A stretch of DNA of 63,322 nucleotides, counting the filler, from Circinaria calcarea (lineage: Eukaryota), in the NCBI GenBank assembly GCA_051942165.1. It is 44 parts of 44 records of this genome, joined end to end, with 100 filler letters (N's around TTAATTAATTAA, not from the genome) between each part and the next. Parts side by side here need not be neighbours in the genome. Positions count along the whole stretch, not along the records: positions 1 to 1,353 come from JAVECS010004849.1; positions 1,454 to 2,805 come from JAVECS010004850.1; positions 2,906 to 4,257 come from JAVECS010004851.1; positions 4,358 to 5,708 come from JAVECS010004852.1; positions 5,809 to 7,159 come from JAVECS010004853.1; positions 7,260 to 8,610 come from JAVECS010004854.1; positions 8,711 to 10,061 come from JAVECS010004855.1; positions 10,162 to 11,512 come from JAVECS010004856.1; 36 more parts are not named here. One strand, given 5' to 3'. Positions 1 through 13,062 of the stretch are shown one piece after another (position 1 is the stretch's first letter; the number at the start of each line of letters is the position of its first letter). The position numbers and the translations under genes were made by a program. A model generated the notes under the pieces. That model was not told the origin of the DNA. It made no database searches and saw only the letters and a program-made list of their open reading frames with translations.

Positions 1-849
1 TGATATCTTGGCCTTCTTTTCGGTCGGCAAATGTAGTTGCCAGACCCAGGAGAGGGGCAACATCAGAATAGAGAAGTCGGAGCAAATGTTGATTGCTGCC
101 GTAGCCACGAAGGTTTTCTGAATGTTGATACAACGTCCCGGAAAGGTAGGATCCCAAATCTTCTCTCTCGGTATGCACTGGAAGATTTCCAAGAAGAACA
201 GGATTGAGAAAAACACGACGTTCCCCCATATCAATGCCTGAAGGGTATACCATTTCCCACTTCGCTTACCATGAACGAACACTTGGAGAAGTTGTAATAG
301 AATAGATATCTTGGTGAAAAGGATAGAGGGCATATATATAATTTGTTGAATGTTTATCAACTAATTCAGCAGGAGGTTAGAATAGTCTGGACCCGGAAAT
401 AAGAATTACCCTTGCGAATTCTGCACTGGATTCGGGAAGTACGTCCCATTCGTGCAGACCAACTCCGTATTTAAGTAGTGCGAATGAGATCGCGACAAGA
501 GTAACAAAACCACACTGACAGCTTATTAGCACGATACACTAAACGCACACGAGAGTTTCTCGTACCCATGCTAAAAAGCACATATCTGAATCAGTTGATT
601 AGTAGTACTGATATCTGCATGTATGCAAGAAGTTCAATACGCACAATCCACCATTGTAAATGTTCTCATGATATGTTGTCTAATATACAGTCTCAGAGGC
701 AACAGTATCGAAGGTATGGTCAAACATAGAATAAGAGCAGCGAGCCAGGTCGCACGTAGAGTGTTTTTTGGGTTCACTAGATTGGGGGTGACTCCAGACG
801 GTGCGGGCAGTGAGCCCATTGTCGGGTGCGGAGTTGTAGACGTCGACAT
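1..849 (-). CDS. PTH11-like fungal rhodopsin-domain membrane protein, 3' truncated, 3 introns
   Basis: Spliced reading gives PAPSGVTPNLVNP, LPLRLYIR, YGVGLHEWDV, FTKISILLQL, FQCIPREKIWDP-GRC, NICSDFSILMMPLSWVWQLHLPTEKK; GT..AG introns with CTAA(C/T)-type branch sites. Confidence 0.85.
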
Positions 850-1353
850 CTATTGCTTTTTAAAGAAGCTCTCTCGTTACCTATAAGGCTTTGCTGGTTG
901 AAAAAAAGCAAGAAGAAGAAAAGCCGATAGCTTGGGTACCTGTTACTGTTAGGGGCATTGAATAAGTCTTAAAGGTCAATGCTCTTAAGGAGCTTGGGTA
1001 AGCATCTCCCCAGCCCGAGATCAATCTATCGATTGGTCAAAGTCGAAACTTGGCTTCTCCCTCACCCGAACACCCGCCATGCACATCCCGAAGTAGATCA
1101 TAGCTGAAAGATCAACTTAAACATAGGCCGAGTAAATGGAAGCCTGCATAACTGTGATGTACATATGCATGTGGCTTTCATCCTTTAGGACTCGTGCTAC
1201 CCTCCCGAGTTACAGAAGCCAGTCGGAGTTCGTATTTGGTGGCGTAGAAGTCGGAGAGCTATCAATTTGCGGCGCCGGTACAAACCGCCCGTATGATGCA
1301 AGTTTGCGCTATTTCTTTGGGGATCAAGCTTAGCAAATCGTACCGTATGACGG

Positions 1354-1453
1354 NNNNNNNNNNNNNNNNNNNNNNNNNNNNNNNNNNNNNNNNNNNNTTA
1401 ATTAATTAANNNNNNNNNNNNNNNNNNNNNNNNNNNNNNNNNNNNNNNNNNNN
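1354..1453. other. Artificial contig-joining spacer (first of 43 identical spacers)
   Basis: 44 N + TTAATTAATTAA (stops in all six frames) + 44 N, repeated about every 1.45 kb; contig lengths fall steadily from about 1353 to 1328 bp. Confidence 0.98.
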
Positions 1454-2070
1454 TTTTCGCGTGTATGTCCCTTCGACGGTTTCCATGGAAGGCACCAAGA
1501 ACCACCGATAATTCGTTCAAGCTATTCATCTCCCCGCCAACGCCAGGAACAGAAAACGGCGGTAGGCGATCAATTGAGCAGAGGCCAAAGTCAACGACGG
1601 AGATGACGTCGGCAGCCGACGAGGCAGGCCGAAGGTCGGCTCCACATTCGGAAATTTCATCCCATCTGGCGCCCGAAGAGGAACAAAGTAAACACAGCCA
1701 TCATCCTCACCATCGGGAGAAGTCGTCATCGGAAGTCGCCTTGCCAAATCAGGCTGGAGGATCCGAGAATCAACCCCCATCAACATCATCAGGATCGCGA
1801 CCCGATACTCCAAACGTAAAACAAGAAGTCATCAAAGGCCCTTGGCGCCTACTCCGTCTTTTGCCCAGGGAGAGCAGAGTGATAATGGGCAGGATGCTGG
1901 AGGTTAACCCGAGAAAAAGAGCCACTCTAGAGGAAATGCTGGAAGATCCATGGATTTGTACCACACCCGTCTGTAGGCAATTGGAAGGGGGAAAGGTAAT
2001 CAGGGCAGGGGGTCATGAACACACTTTGGAGCCCGGGACCGCGGTCACGGCTACACCTACTAAGACATGA
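1454..2070 (+). CDS. HAL4/SAT4-family Ser/Thr kinase, C-terminal fragment
   Basis: LRRFPWKAPR..DNSFKLF, long insert, then GPWRLLRLLPRESRVIMGRMLEVNPRKRATLEEMLEDPWI (kinase subdomains X-XI). Confidence 0.8.
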
Positions 2071-2623
2071 CCTGGCGGCTACTGCCCCTGATGTATAATG
2101 CTGGGCGTTCTGGAGGGATTAGCATCCATTAGGCGGATCTATGCCTCCACGCCTCTTATGAACTTTTATTAATTGACGACCGGGTGTCGTCTTTCCTTTC
2201 CTACAAAGAAAGTCTTAGCAATAGAAAGTAGATTGTTCAAGTTTACCTGCTGTTTTAAATTCGAGAATCTTGAGAGGTGAATGTTCTAATGCCTTTCCTA
2301 TACCATCCCATGGTCTATTCATGCTGCCAAGTAAACGTAGAGTATGCGAAGAGGAAAATATGAGTGATGCAGAACACCTAGAACAAGTAGATGACTGGGA
2401 GAACAAGAAAAGGATATAATATAGTGAATTGATGGTGATATAACCGTAAGTACTATGATAAGAAAGGAGTCTTAGATAACCTTCACTTCGATCATTGAGA
2501 CACCCTGAACTTAGCGGCCCAAAAATATCGCCGAGAATTCTGAGAACTTGCACGGGTATATATCATCCAGTCACGTACACGAGTGTTTAAGAAACACGAG
2601 TGGAGGAAACGGGTGAAGCCATA

Positions 2624-2805
2624 ATGGCGACTAGTACGACTCCTCCACCTTTGCAAGCTCCTACAGCCAAGGAGAAGAAGTATGACCGCCAGCTACGCCT
2701 CTGGGCTGCAGCAGGTCAACAAGCACTCGAAGAATCACACATCTTACTGCTGAACGATGGCCCTGGAGTGGTCGGTATCGAGACGCTCAAGAATCTCGTG
2801 CTGCC
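2624..2805 (+). CDS. ULA1: NEDD8-activating enzyme E1 regulatory subunit, N-terminal fragment
   Basis: [43 protein letters not shown]. Confidence 0.9.
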
Positions 2806-2905
2806 NNNNNNNNNNNNNNNNNNNNNNNNNNNNNNNNNNNNNNNNNNNNTTAATTAATTAANNNNNNNNNNNNNNNNNNNNNNNNNNNNNNNNNNNNNNN
2901 NNNNN

Positions 2906-4257
2906 TTATACATACCAACAGCTTGCCGGCTATGGCTTCATACCTTCCAATGCCCGAGACGAATACGGGGACACTATCGGCGGTATTGGAAGCTCGGTTG
3001 CTCTGGATAAGACGGCGTGGAAGAAGTTGAAGAACGGTAGTTATACCGGTATAGCGTGGGCACTGCCTGACAGAGGATGGTACGCAAGATTGCGACTAAC
3101 AGCCTGGAGCATTATTTGACCGTATGGATTAGGAATACCGAAGGCACCCTCAATGTCCAAAACCGGGTCCACAAGATCGCCTTCACTTTCACTCCTCGGC
3201 CTAATGCGACACTGGCGAGTCCTTCGGGGCCCAACCTTCAATTAAACTATCTCAGAACGGTTCTCTTCACTGGCCCTGACGGAACGCCAACTACTGGCTT
3301 GGATGCTGATGCCATCGGGAGCATCACCTATGCCGGATTCCCCCAGCTGCCAGTAGCTACATACAAAGGGGACGGATTTGGCGGGGCTGGTCCTGGAGGC
3401 AAACGGATTGCCATTGATGCCGAGGGAATTGTGCTAAATCCTGATGGGTCCTTCTGGGTAAGTGACGAGTATGGGCCGTACATTTATAAATTCTCCCCCA
3501 CAGGTCGCATGCTTCAGGCTATCCAACCTCCTCAAGCGTATATACCTCGCCGGAACGGTACCGTCAGCTTTTCCGCCAATTCACCGCCCTTTTACAATCC
3601 AAATCAGACTGTTACGCCAGCGGATACCACCACCGGACGGAATAACAATCAAGGTCTCGAAGGTTTGACTGTATCAACAGATGGTGGATCATTGTTCGCC
3701 TTGATGCAGTCAGCTCTCAATCAGGAAGGCGGCCCGAGCAATCCCTACCGGTTGAATGCTCGGCTCCTTGAATATGATATCAGTGGCCCCATCCTGCGCT
3801 ATGTTAAGGAGTACGTCGTGACACTTCCATTATTTGCTAGCAGCGCAACCAGATTCAGAGTCGCGGCACAGAGTGAGATCCATTATCTCTCACCCACCCA
3901 GTTCTTGATTCTCTCCCGAGACAGCGGAGCCGGTTATGGACAAACATCATCCACTTCGCTCTATCGCCATGCGGATATCTTTGACATTTCGGCCCCAGCT
4001 ACCAATATCAAATCGGCCACGAATGATGCGGCGAATGGCAGCATCGCCAGTAGCACCGGCGTCTTGACTCCCGGTGTCACGGCAGCGACGTACTGTAGTT
4101 TCCTCGACTTCAACGTCAACAGCCAGCTTGGCCGTTTTGGTCTTCACAACGGAGGGGAGCAGGACCGGTTCCTCCTGAATGAGAAATGGGAGTCGCTGGC
4201 CACGGCACCGGTGAACCCGGGTAAGCAGGATGGCGAGTACTTCCTCTTCAGCTTCAG
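2906..4257 (+). CDS. Phytase-like esterase domain protein, internal fragment, intron about 3080-3132
   Basis: RDEYGDTIGGIGS, ALPDRGW/N, IDAEGIVLNPDGSFWVSDEYGPYIY, GRNNNQGLEGL, EKWESLA. Confidence 0.85.
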
Positions 4258-7200
4258 NNNNNNNNNNNNNNNNNNNNNNNNNNNNNNNNNNNNNNNNNNN
4301 NTTAATTAATTAANNNNNNNNNNNNNNNNNNNNNNNNNNNNNNNNNNNNNNNNNNNNCCCAGCAAACACAACTGAAATAGTAGGGAATACGAATATAAAT
4401 ACGGAAAATTGCAATTTCGACCCCACCGCCATTTTTTTAGTGAATTGACCTTCTGTTAGTGGAAGGTGGCTATTATTAAGGTCACGGCGGCATAAAGATT
4501 TACTATCGCAGAGCACACTGTCGCAGAGCTCACTGTCGCAAAGGTCGTTACCGCCAGTGGCATTGCGGTATAATGATATTTTGACACGGTTGCGACAGCG
4601 ACATATGCGACAGCGACAGCGACCCACTGAAAACCACGATAGTGAGCTTAACCTATTAACCTGGGGCCGGGTTCTTAGGCTAATACCCTCCTGACGATAG
4701 TATAATCTTAGGGGTACCCCTTGAAAAATTGGGGGTGAGGTCAGAATTGCAACTTGGGGGAGAAAATTGCAAATCCCATACTTTTAGGGGTCAAAATTGC
4801 AATTTTCCGATTTAGTACGATTTCCAAAAAAATCCCCCCCCTCTTACCGTGTAAGCACAAGCACAAGCACAAGCACAAGCACGACGGGTTTGTAGATTCG
4901 CATCGCAGGGGGTCTGTCTTGTTCCCCGGTTCCGTTTTTCCCGTTTCCCCCCACAAGACCTAGATTATGAAAACCCCCTCTGCACTAAAATACCAAGGCA
5001 CTTGGTTGAGCTTTTTTCCTTTTCCGCTCCATCCTCGCGGGGTTTTAAAAACGTAAAAAACACAAAACACAAAAATCCCAAAATAAAACCCTCCTCCCCC
5101 CTTTTCTAATTTCCCCGTTTAAATTCCCCAATAATCGGCAAGCCCCAGTTCTCTCTCTGGCCTTTTCTTTCCCCCCAAAAACACCCACCCCCGGTGCCCC
5201 TCCTTTCCGACTATCTTTTTTGCTTTTTACCAAGTTTTTGAGGGTTTCACCCCCCAAAAAGCCTCCGAAAGGAAAGGAAGGGGGATCCGGAAGAAAGGGG
5301 GCTTATTTTTTTTATATTTTTTTTTAATTCGTCCTCCCTTCCTTCTCTTCCAAGTTCCGGGGCAACGGAGCACGGAGCAAACGGAAAACGTTACCGCCTT
5401 TTTCTTTTTCTCTTTCCTTCCTCTTTCCTACCCCTATTTTTACTCTTTTTCCCTTGCCAAACTTTCCTCTCTCTCCTCCCCTCTCTCCACATCCACATCC
5501 GCATCCGCATCCCCCAAGTCACAACATCTAGGCACTGGATCACCCCCACGTCCTATTCCCCCCGTTCTAAGTCCTGCGGGGGATGAAGAGACCGAAACCA
5601 AGACCGAAGCCCTTGACGCCATCCCCCGCCCCAAAAACCCCATCTTTCCTATTTTCACCCTTACTTCCCCTGGGCAACTTTCCTCCCCTTCCGCCCCTCC
5701 CCTCCGCCNNNNNNNNNNNNNNNNNNNNNNNNNNNNNNNNNNNNNNNNNNNNTTAATTAATTAANNNNNNNNNNNNNNNNNNNNNNNNNNNNNNNNNNNN
5801 NNNNNNNNCTACCTAGCCTTATCGTAGCAGCGGAAAGTCTTGGTATGTCCAGCTATCAATCATTACATTACATTACATACCGACTACTAAATACAAAAAC
5901 CGGTGCGACCACCCCTATGCTTATGCCATGACCATGGCCATGGCCAATGTCTATGGCCGCGTTATTGCTATCGATATCCTCATACCAATTTTTTCCCTTT
6001 GGACTATTCTACGAAGTAGGTACTGTCCACGAAAACTTCCCTCCTTCCCCCCCCTTTTTCACCAAGCCCCGTTCCCATCCCATGCCCCTCGGGCCCATGC
6101 CATCCCATCCCTCCTAGCAATAAACAACATCCATCCATCCTTCAATTCTCAGACGAGGAAATTTTGCCCATTCCCCGAAATTCAATCGTCACGGGGAGTT
6201 TTGACTTCACACACGTCGTCGTCGACGTATGTCGGGAGCCCCGAAAGGGCCCCCCCAACAAAAAAGGGGACCTTACAGTACAGTATAATTTCATACAAAT
6301 CCTCACAGACAAGATAAGACAAGATAAGATAAGACAAGGCCAGACAAAGGTAAAGAACTAAAAACTGAACAGCGAAAAGGAACCATTTCAAACGTTAACT
6401 TCCGTTTCCTTTTCCATTCCCATTCCCATTCCAATTCCCATTCCATCCAACTTTTCAAGCTCTTCAAAACCCCCCAAGAAACCCCCCAGGAATGCGGATC
6501 GATTATTCATCTAGAATACCGCATTCCCATCCATCCATTCCATCCATCCGGTTCGGTTCGGGTTCACCAAAAAATCCAAAAATCCTCAGGAAGGATTTCA
6601 ATGATACGTACATACATACAGTAATACCTAATACGGAGATACGGAGATACGGAGACTGGGTGAGGCAAAATTTCCACTTCGCAGGAAACAAGAACAAGAA
6701 CAAACTCACACTCACTCACTTAGAGTTAGTGGCCAGACTTCCTCTTTTCCCTCGGACCTTGGTATGGTAAAAGGGAAACCATTTTCTGATTCGATTTCTT
6801 CATTTTGAATTTTAAAAAGTTAGAAACAGAACCAGCTACAGTTTACAACAGCAAAGGAGGTGGTGTCCCAGTGCCGTTGTCGGTTTTCCCCACCTCGACA
6901 GTTCTAAAAAGTAAAAGGGGGGACATCAAAACCCCCCGCCCACACAACAAAAGGTTTTTTGCAAGTAGTCCTGGTATCACAATAGCAAAACGTTCCCCTG
7001 GTCCATGGCGCCTCCAGTAAACGTGCTTTCTCTCAAAGGAAACAAATTGCCACCCCTTATTCTTCAACACCGCAACAAAGCAACACAGAGCAGCGACACC
7101 ACACACACAACAACCACCCTACTCCTCCTCGTACTCCTCGTATTCCCCCTCCTCTCCACNNNNNNNNNNNNNNNNNNNNNNNNNNNNNNNNNNNNNNNNN

Positions 7201-8710
7201 NNNTTAATTAATTAANNNNNNNNNNNNNNNNNNNNNNNNNNNNNNNNNNNNNNNNNNNNGGGGGAGGGGGGGTATACCGAAAGCTTGGAAGCAGGCAAGG
7301 GCACACATGTAGATACTGTATGCCATCTATACGATATTTACTCTTTTTTTTTCGCGATTGCGAAGACGGAACTGTATGTAACCATAGATAGCTTTGGATA
7401 GCGGAAGAGCAAACGAACGAGCGAGGGAGAAAGAAAGAACCAAAAGAAAGAAAGGAAAGAAAAGAAAGAAAGAGGCAAACAACAACCGATTACATAGCGC
7501 AAACAACATGACAACAATTTTTTTTCCCCAGTCCCCCATTCACCGTTTTAGGTTCCTGAAAGAATGAAAAAGAAAACGAAAAAGAAAAAGAGTACGCGAC
7601 AAGCTTTTCCCTTGGAGTACGGAGTAGATACCAACCCCCCCCCCTTTAGCAGTAAATTTGCATTTTGCTAAGGCTACAACTTTCTTGGAGGGAGGAGGGG
7701 AGGGGGAAGGGCCCTCTTTTCGCTTCTCGCTCCCCCGCTCGTCTCGTTTTCGCGTGATTTCCGTGTGGATTTTCCGTGTGTGCTTTTTACGAGAAGTTTT
7801 TTTCCGCTCAAGACCGGGAACTTCTCTACGGAGTACGGTATGGTAGGGAAGGTTGGGGAAAAGGGTGGAAAAACGTGGGGAAAAAGTGAAAAAAAAAAAG
7901 AAAAAAAAAGGTTCACACGGAGTACGTACTCTGTAAAAGAAATGCAGCGGTGAACTTTGTTTCTGCGATTTGCGGAGTGGGATTCTGGGCAAATGTGGGT
8001 GGGGTGTCAGTTTCCTGTACGGTGGACGGTGGTCAAGGACTGGAACCTGGATACCCCGTCGATAAAAGTCACCGCTTTCTTTTTCTTGTTCTCATTTCCT
8101 CTTTTTTTTCATGCGAACCCTGCACCGTGGGGTTCGGGGGGGTAGGTTTTAGAGAGATAGTTGGATCTACTTTGTAGACGTGTGTCATACCCCCACCTTT
8201 CCCCGCAATTGGGGAAATTTTGAGCGTTGGGCCATCGGCTGTCGGTATGGTATTTGGTTCGTGCCTGTATGGAAATTTCTTCGCAAAGTTGCAGTATTAG
8301 CCGGTTCTCCTGGTCAAGGAAACGGAATCGCAATGTTCCTCCCCTACGATCAGATCGAATCCAGATCCAGATCCCGACACCGGTAGCTCGGGGGTGCTCG
8401 GCAAAGCGAGTGTGGGATCGTCGTCAACGAAGAGTTTTGTTTCCCAGGGCACACACACACACACATGGAATATTTAGACTTTGCGGTAAGGAGATCGAAA
8501 TCGATCTGAATCTGGGGAATCTGTAAATTTCTTGCATGTCGATGTGGCGTTTGCCCTGCGCATTAAAAGTGAAACCTGTGTGGCTGGGTGAATTCTTTTG
8601 CCTTTTGCGCNNNNNNNNNNNNNNNNNNNNNNNNNNNNNNNNNNNNNNNNNNNNTTAATTAATTAANNNNNNNNNNNNNNNNNNNNNNNNNNNNNNNNNN
8701 NNNNNNNNNN

Positions 8711-9087
8711 ATGGTGCCAATTCCGGGAAAGCGCAGGCTGAGATACCGTGGCCGATCGTGTTCTGGGCATGCACGGCAGAGGAGGGGAGCAAGATGAGCA
8801 ACAATCCGTTTGATAGGGTCAATCTTGGTTATGATGGACTTTTCGGGCCCAGGACAATGTTTTATCATTTGACGCCGCAGAGGAACCTAGGCGACAGCAG
8901 TGAGACTCTATTGGACAGACTTGAGGTTCCTGTTCTGGATACGAGCAAGTCACACTGGGTTGAGACTGGAACAGTGGCAGTCATTGCATTAGCTCTGGTC
9001 TGGATTCTTGGGAAGCTCATACGGATTATGATGAACAACAGCACACCAGTCAGCAGAAGTCCTGCGGGGATCAAAAAGACACTATAG
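8711..9087 (+). CDS. PBN1: PBN1/PIG-X (GPI mannosyltransferase I subunit), C-terminal fragment
   Basis: VFWACTAEEGSKMSNNPFDRVNLGYDGLFGPRTMFYHL..VPVLD followed by a C-terminal transmembrane helix. Confidence 0.8.
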
Positions 9088-10003
9088 GTGTATCTCTGGG
9101 GATCAGAGATCCAGGTGCAATTGATGAAGAAGCCAGCTGAGTCCAAAGGGGTGGACATCTTGGACAAACTCCCAAACCTAAAGAACCAGTGGTCTAATTA
9201 TGAAAATAGAATTTCATATACCTCTTATGGAACTTTAGGATCGGGAAAGTCTTTCCAGTGCGTTGGCGCCTATTCAACGTAGGAGGTTTCAATCATTTTC
9301 TGTGAAACTTGCGGAACGTGTTACATATAGAGAAGAATTCGTTACGCCGAAGTGAATTATCATTCATTTCTTACATGTTGTTCATGCCTTTGATCTCATC
9401 AAAGCTCAGTATAGATCTGCCCAATCTATAGTATTTACATCTGAGCGCATCAGATTACAAAAACACACCGTTATTCACAGCCTAGCATCAATGGTATGAC
9501 CTTCTAAAAAGACTAGCTATCCTACAACAGCACCTTTGCACTGTGTTACAATTAGCTATGCCAGCTTAAGGCGTTGCAAGCATGGCTATGTCTAACGAGT
9601 CACAATAACAAGGGAAGTGTGATCGTTCAGGTTGACGCGTTGCATGATAGGTGTTTACACTTGGAGAGATCTCTAGTAACGCACGCTACGGCGAAGGTAG
9701 TCGTACGAGAAAGGCTACGAAGATAAGTATTTCGCCAGGTCAGTAGGAGCTCATAATCTCTTAAAATATCATGTATGGAGTCCACATAAGAGGCACTCTA
9801 CACCTGTGCTCCTTACTCTTTTGTCACCATATCATGATCAATAATCAGCTGTAGCTTGATCGTTCATTACCAGTAGCACTGAGCTACCTCTCGTGTGTAT
9901 GGAATATTGTGAATGTTAACGAGAGACTTAGTTCCGCATAATAGTTGGATAGAGCTACGATTTTGCTCAATTTTAAATTCTAGGGGGCAAAACCTTAAGA
10001 AAA

Positions 10004-10045
10004 CGCCTACAGCCGGAATCGAACCAGGACCTCGGGGCAACCGAA
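10004..10045 (-). other. tRNA-like 3' half / Pol III B-box (degenerate tRNA or tRNA-derived element)
   Basis: Minus strand GAGGTCCTGGTTCGATTCCGGCTGTAGGCG then TTTT; perfect GGTTCGATTCC B-box; the 5' half is not visible before the contig end. Confidence 0.35.
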
Positions 10046-10161
10046 AAAAATGCAAAAAACTNNNNNNNNNNNNNNNNNNNNNNNNNNNNNNNNNNNNNNN
10101 NNNNNTTAATTAATTAANNNNNNNNNNNNNNNNNNNNNNNNNNNNNNNNNNNNNNNNNNNN

Positions 10162-11046
10162 GAGGAGCGAGATGGTGGTGGCGAGTTGGCATTTTGAGCT
10201 GAGATGCCGGCCTCCTCCGAAAACATCATAGGCACTGGGGCTGGGGGTGGCAGAAAAGGCCGGAAGTTCTTGGCGAGTTCTTGGATATTGATCTGGATGC
10301 CTTGACCTGGCTGGCCATCTAGGTAAGTGGCAATTGTGGGCTCGGCATTGGACGTTGAGGCTTGAGTGATGGCGGCACGTAGTTCAGACTCTTCGGGGGA
10401 TGTCGAGTCCGCATGAGCAGAAGATGTGGGAGGCTGGCTCTCTGTCTGCGTTGCGGCTTTCTCGATTCTGTGGAGTGCAGACGATAAGGTGTAGATGACG
10501 TCTGCGGCTCGAGTCGTGGTTGCGACTTTCGGTGTGAAGATTGAGGAAAAGGAAGCGAGCGAATAAGTTGATGGTACGGATGCTGTTACAGAAATAGGTC
10601 GGTGTATGGAGAAGAAGGACGCCACATGGACATCTACATATATCAGAAAACGTTTTGGGTAGTGGGAGAATTGCCTCACCACTCGGATGCATATGCTGTG
10701 TTGATGGAACAGCCGGTAACTGAGTATGCCTTTCATCTTGCTTTTGCTTTGAGAGCTCCGGTAGAGCCTCTTTCGACCTCTGTCGGCTTACTCGAGTGGC
10801 TAAGCGCTTTCTGAGGGGACTAGTGGAAGTGGGTGATGTCTTCTTCGGGACAGCTTCTGTCGGCGCTGCAAGTGGCCTCGGGTCATCGTTCTGAGGATTC
10901 GAGGACTTGGACGATGAGCTCTTTCGTTGATGTGCACATGGTATGAAGGGGCGTGACAGGCCTGCCTTGGACGTACAAGAGGTTGAGATGGGAGTTGGCA
11001 AGTGAGCGGTCCGTTGAGTAGCCCTACCCCAAGAGGAGAGCAGCAT
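10162..11046 (-). CDS. COX24-like / mS38 family mitochondrial protein, 3' truncated, intron 10634-10679
   Basis: Arg/Ser-rich presequence-like N-terminus; LPAVPSTQHMHPS|DVHVASFFSIHRPISVT conserved block; FRPFLPPPAPVPM. Confidence 0.65.
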
Positions 11047-11790
11047 AGCGGGCGGATAGGGATATCTGTGTATTGTTGGTGGTCAACTTAACGTCAATGA
11101 TGTCTTGCTGGAGATTGTGTCAAAATTACACATATATTGGTACGGGGACCCAAGTATTCTGATGACGCAGGTCCGTGAGAAGCATTCGTCATATATCTAC
11201 ATTGGCATGGCTAGGTCTCCTGATAAACTTCAAATTTCCAATTTGTTCATGAGGTCGCTATCTACAACAATACGCTGCTCCCTATGAAAGCGTCTGAAAG
11301 TGGAAGAAAGTCCATAACGCAGTATCATCCCTGCACCATCCTTTCTTAGGTACCATGGGTAGATACTCAACAACGAGAACATACCAGGATAGCTGAACCT
11401 TCGGGAGGAGTTCTGTGGCGTTCTGCCGAGCCCGATTAACACCGGCTAATAGCACAATGCCCTTGGAAAATGGCAACCCACATTCGCCGTCTGATATCCT
11501 GAGCACATGTTTNNNNNNNNNNNNNNNNNNNNNNNNNNNNNNNNNNNNNNNNNNNNTTAATTAATTAANNNNNNNNNNNNNNNNNNNNNNNNNNNNNNNN
11601 NNNNNNNNNNNNTAGCGCACGGTGTCTCGACCTTATTTTCCCAAGTCACGACCGTACATTATTACACGCAGGATCCTTATGCAGATTGACATCCATTGAT
11701 CTGCCACAGCTTGATCGAGCCGGTAGATCTCGTCTTGGGTTGGTATTGCTCACTCCTTCAGAACCCATTAGATCCTGCGAGGCTTTCACG

Positions 11791-12566
11791 ATGCTACGTT
11801 CTCTCCCTCGAGCTGCCCCAAGCTCCTCTTCCTTACTTTCTGGCGGTTTACGCACGAAATCCCAGTACATAAAACCGGCCACAACATGTCTGAACAGCCA
11901 GCAAATACAGCAAGCACGCTCGGCAGGCACTCATGCTATCTCAAATCCTACACTCGCCGGCATCGAGAAGCGATGGGAAGCTATGCCTCCACAGGAACAG
12001 GCAGATCTATGGATGGCATTGAGGGACCGGATGAAGGTGGACTGGCACGAACTGACTCCACAAGAGAAGAAAGCCGGTATGCGCACTGTCCGCGCCTATA
12101 TCACGGCGGTAGAAGCCTTGAAAGTCCCGAGGACAGACAATGGCTTTCGATGACCCAATCGCTAACGAAACATGGGTAGCATACTGGATAGCCTTTGGTC
12201 CACACGGACCTAGAGCACTACCTCCGCCTGGCGAAGGGTGGAAGGTCTTCAATTACACCATGATCGGGGTCGGTGTATCATTCATAATCTTCATGCTCGA
12301 GCGAACGCAAGCAAGGGGTGCACCAAGAACCATGACGAAAGAATATCAGGAAATGACGAATGAATACTTGAAGGTAAATATGCCCCCTTTCATCTACAAG
12401 TCCAGACTAGATAGACGGATTGATCCTCGAAGCTATCACCTGCAAATTAATACTAACTTCTTCCCAGAACCAAAAAACCGAAGCCATCACCGGTGTTTCC
12501 GCCGAAGACTACAAAGGAAAGGGAATGGTTCAAAGCGCCCCGGAAAAGCATCCTAAACTCCAGTAA
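11791..12566 (+). CDS. COX5: Cytochrome c oxidase subunit 5 (COX4/COX5 family); exons 11791-12076, 12180-12373, 12468-12566
   Basis: HAISNPTLAGIEKRWEAMPPQEQADLWMALRDRMKVDWHELT, AAYWIAFGPHGPR, PRTMTKEYQEMTNEYLK, YKGKGMVQS; two canonical introns. Confidence 0.93.
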
Positions 12567-13062
12567 ACTCGGTCGATGTCCTGCCAGGTATCGTGTTGGT
12601 TGTGAAGGGCTTCTTGTTCACCGACATTGTTATATTAGGTTTCCTTTCCGTGCACGCTTCACAATTTTCATCCATCATTGCGGTGCAATCAAATTGAGCG
12701 TAGAAATGCTTTCGTATGGGCAAAGGGGACCTGTGTATTTATGTACAAAGAGAGAGAGTCTTGAGAAATGTGCATTTGGTACCAGATCGGTCTGTCAACA
12801 ATTTTGTGCGTGGCTGATACTAACAACCCTCCATACATAACGTGCATGCCACCAAATCGTTTATAAAATGTTTTGAATCTAATGTTTAGACTATCATATT
12901 CGCTACCCCATGAATATGGCTTCCACAGACGCTGCGGAAATACACGCTTGATTGGCCAAACANNNNNNNNNNNNNNNNNNNNNNNNNNNNNNNNNNNNNN
13001 NNNNNNTTAATTAATTAANNNNNNNNNNNNNNNNNNNNNNNNNNNNNNNNNNNNNNNNNNNN

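Noticed and set aside
4358..8610. Many 60-150 aa ORFs rich in F/K/P/G here and in similar contigs
   Set aside because: They arise from homopolymer and microsatellite DNA and have no protein motifs
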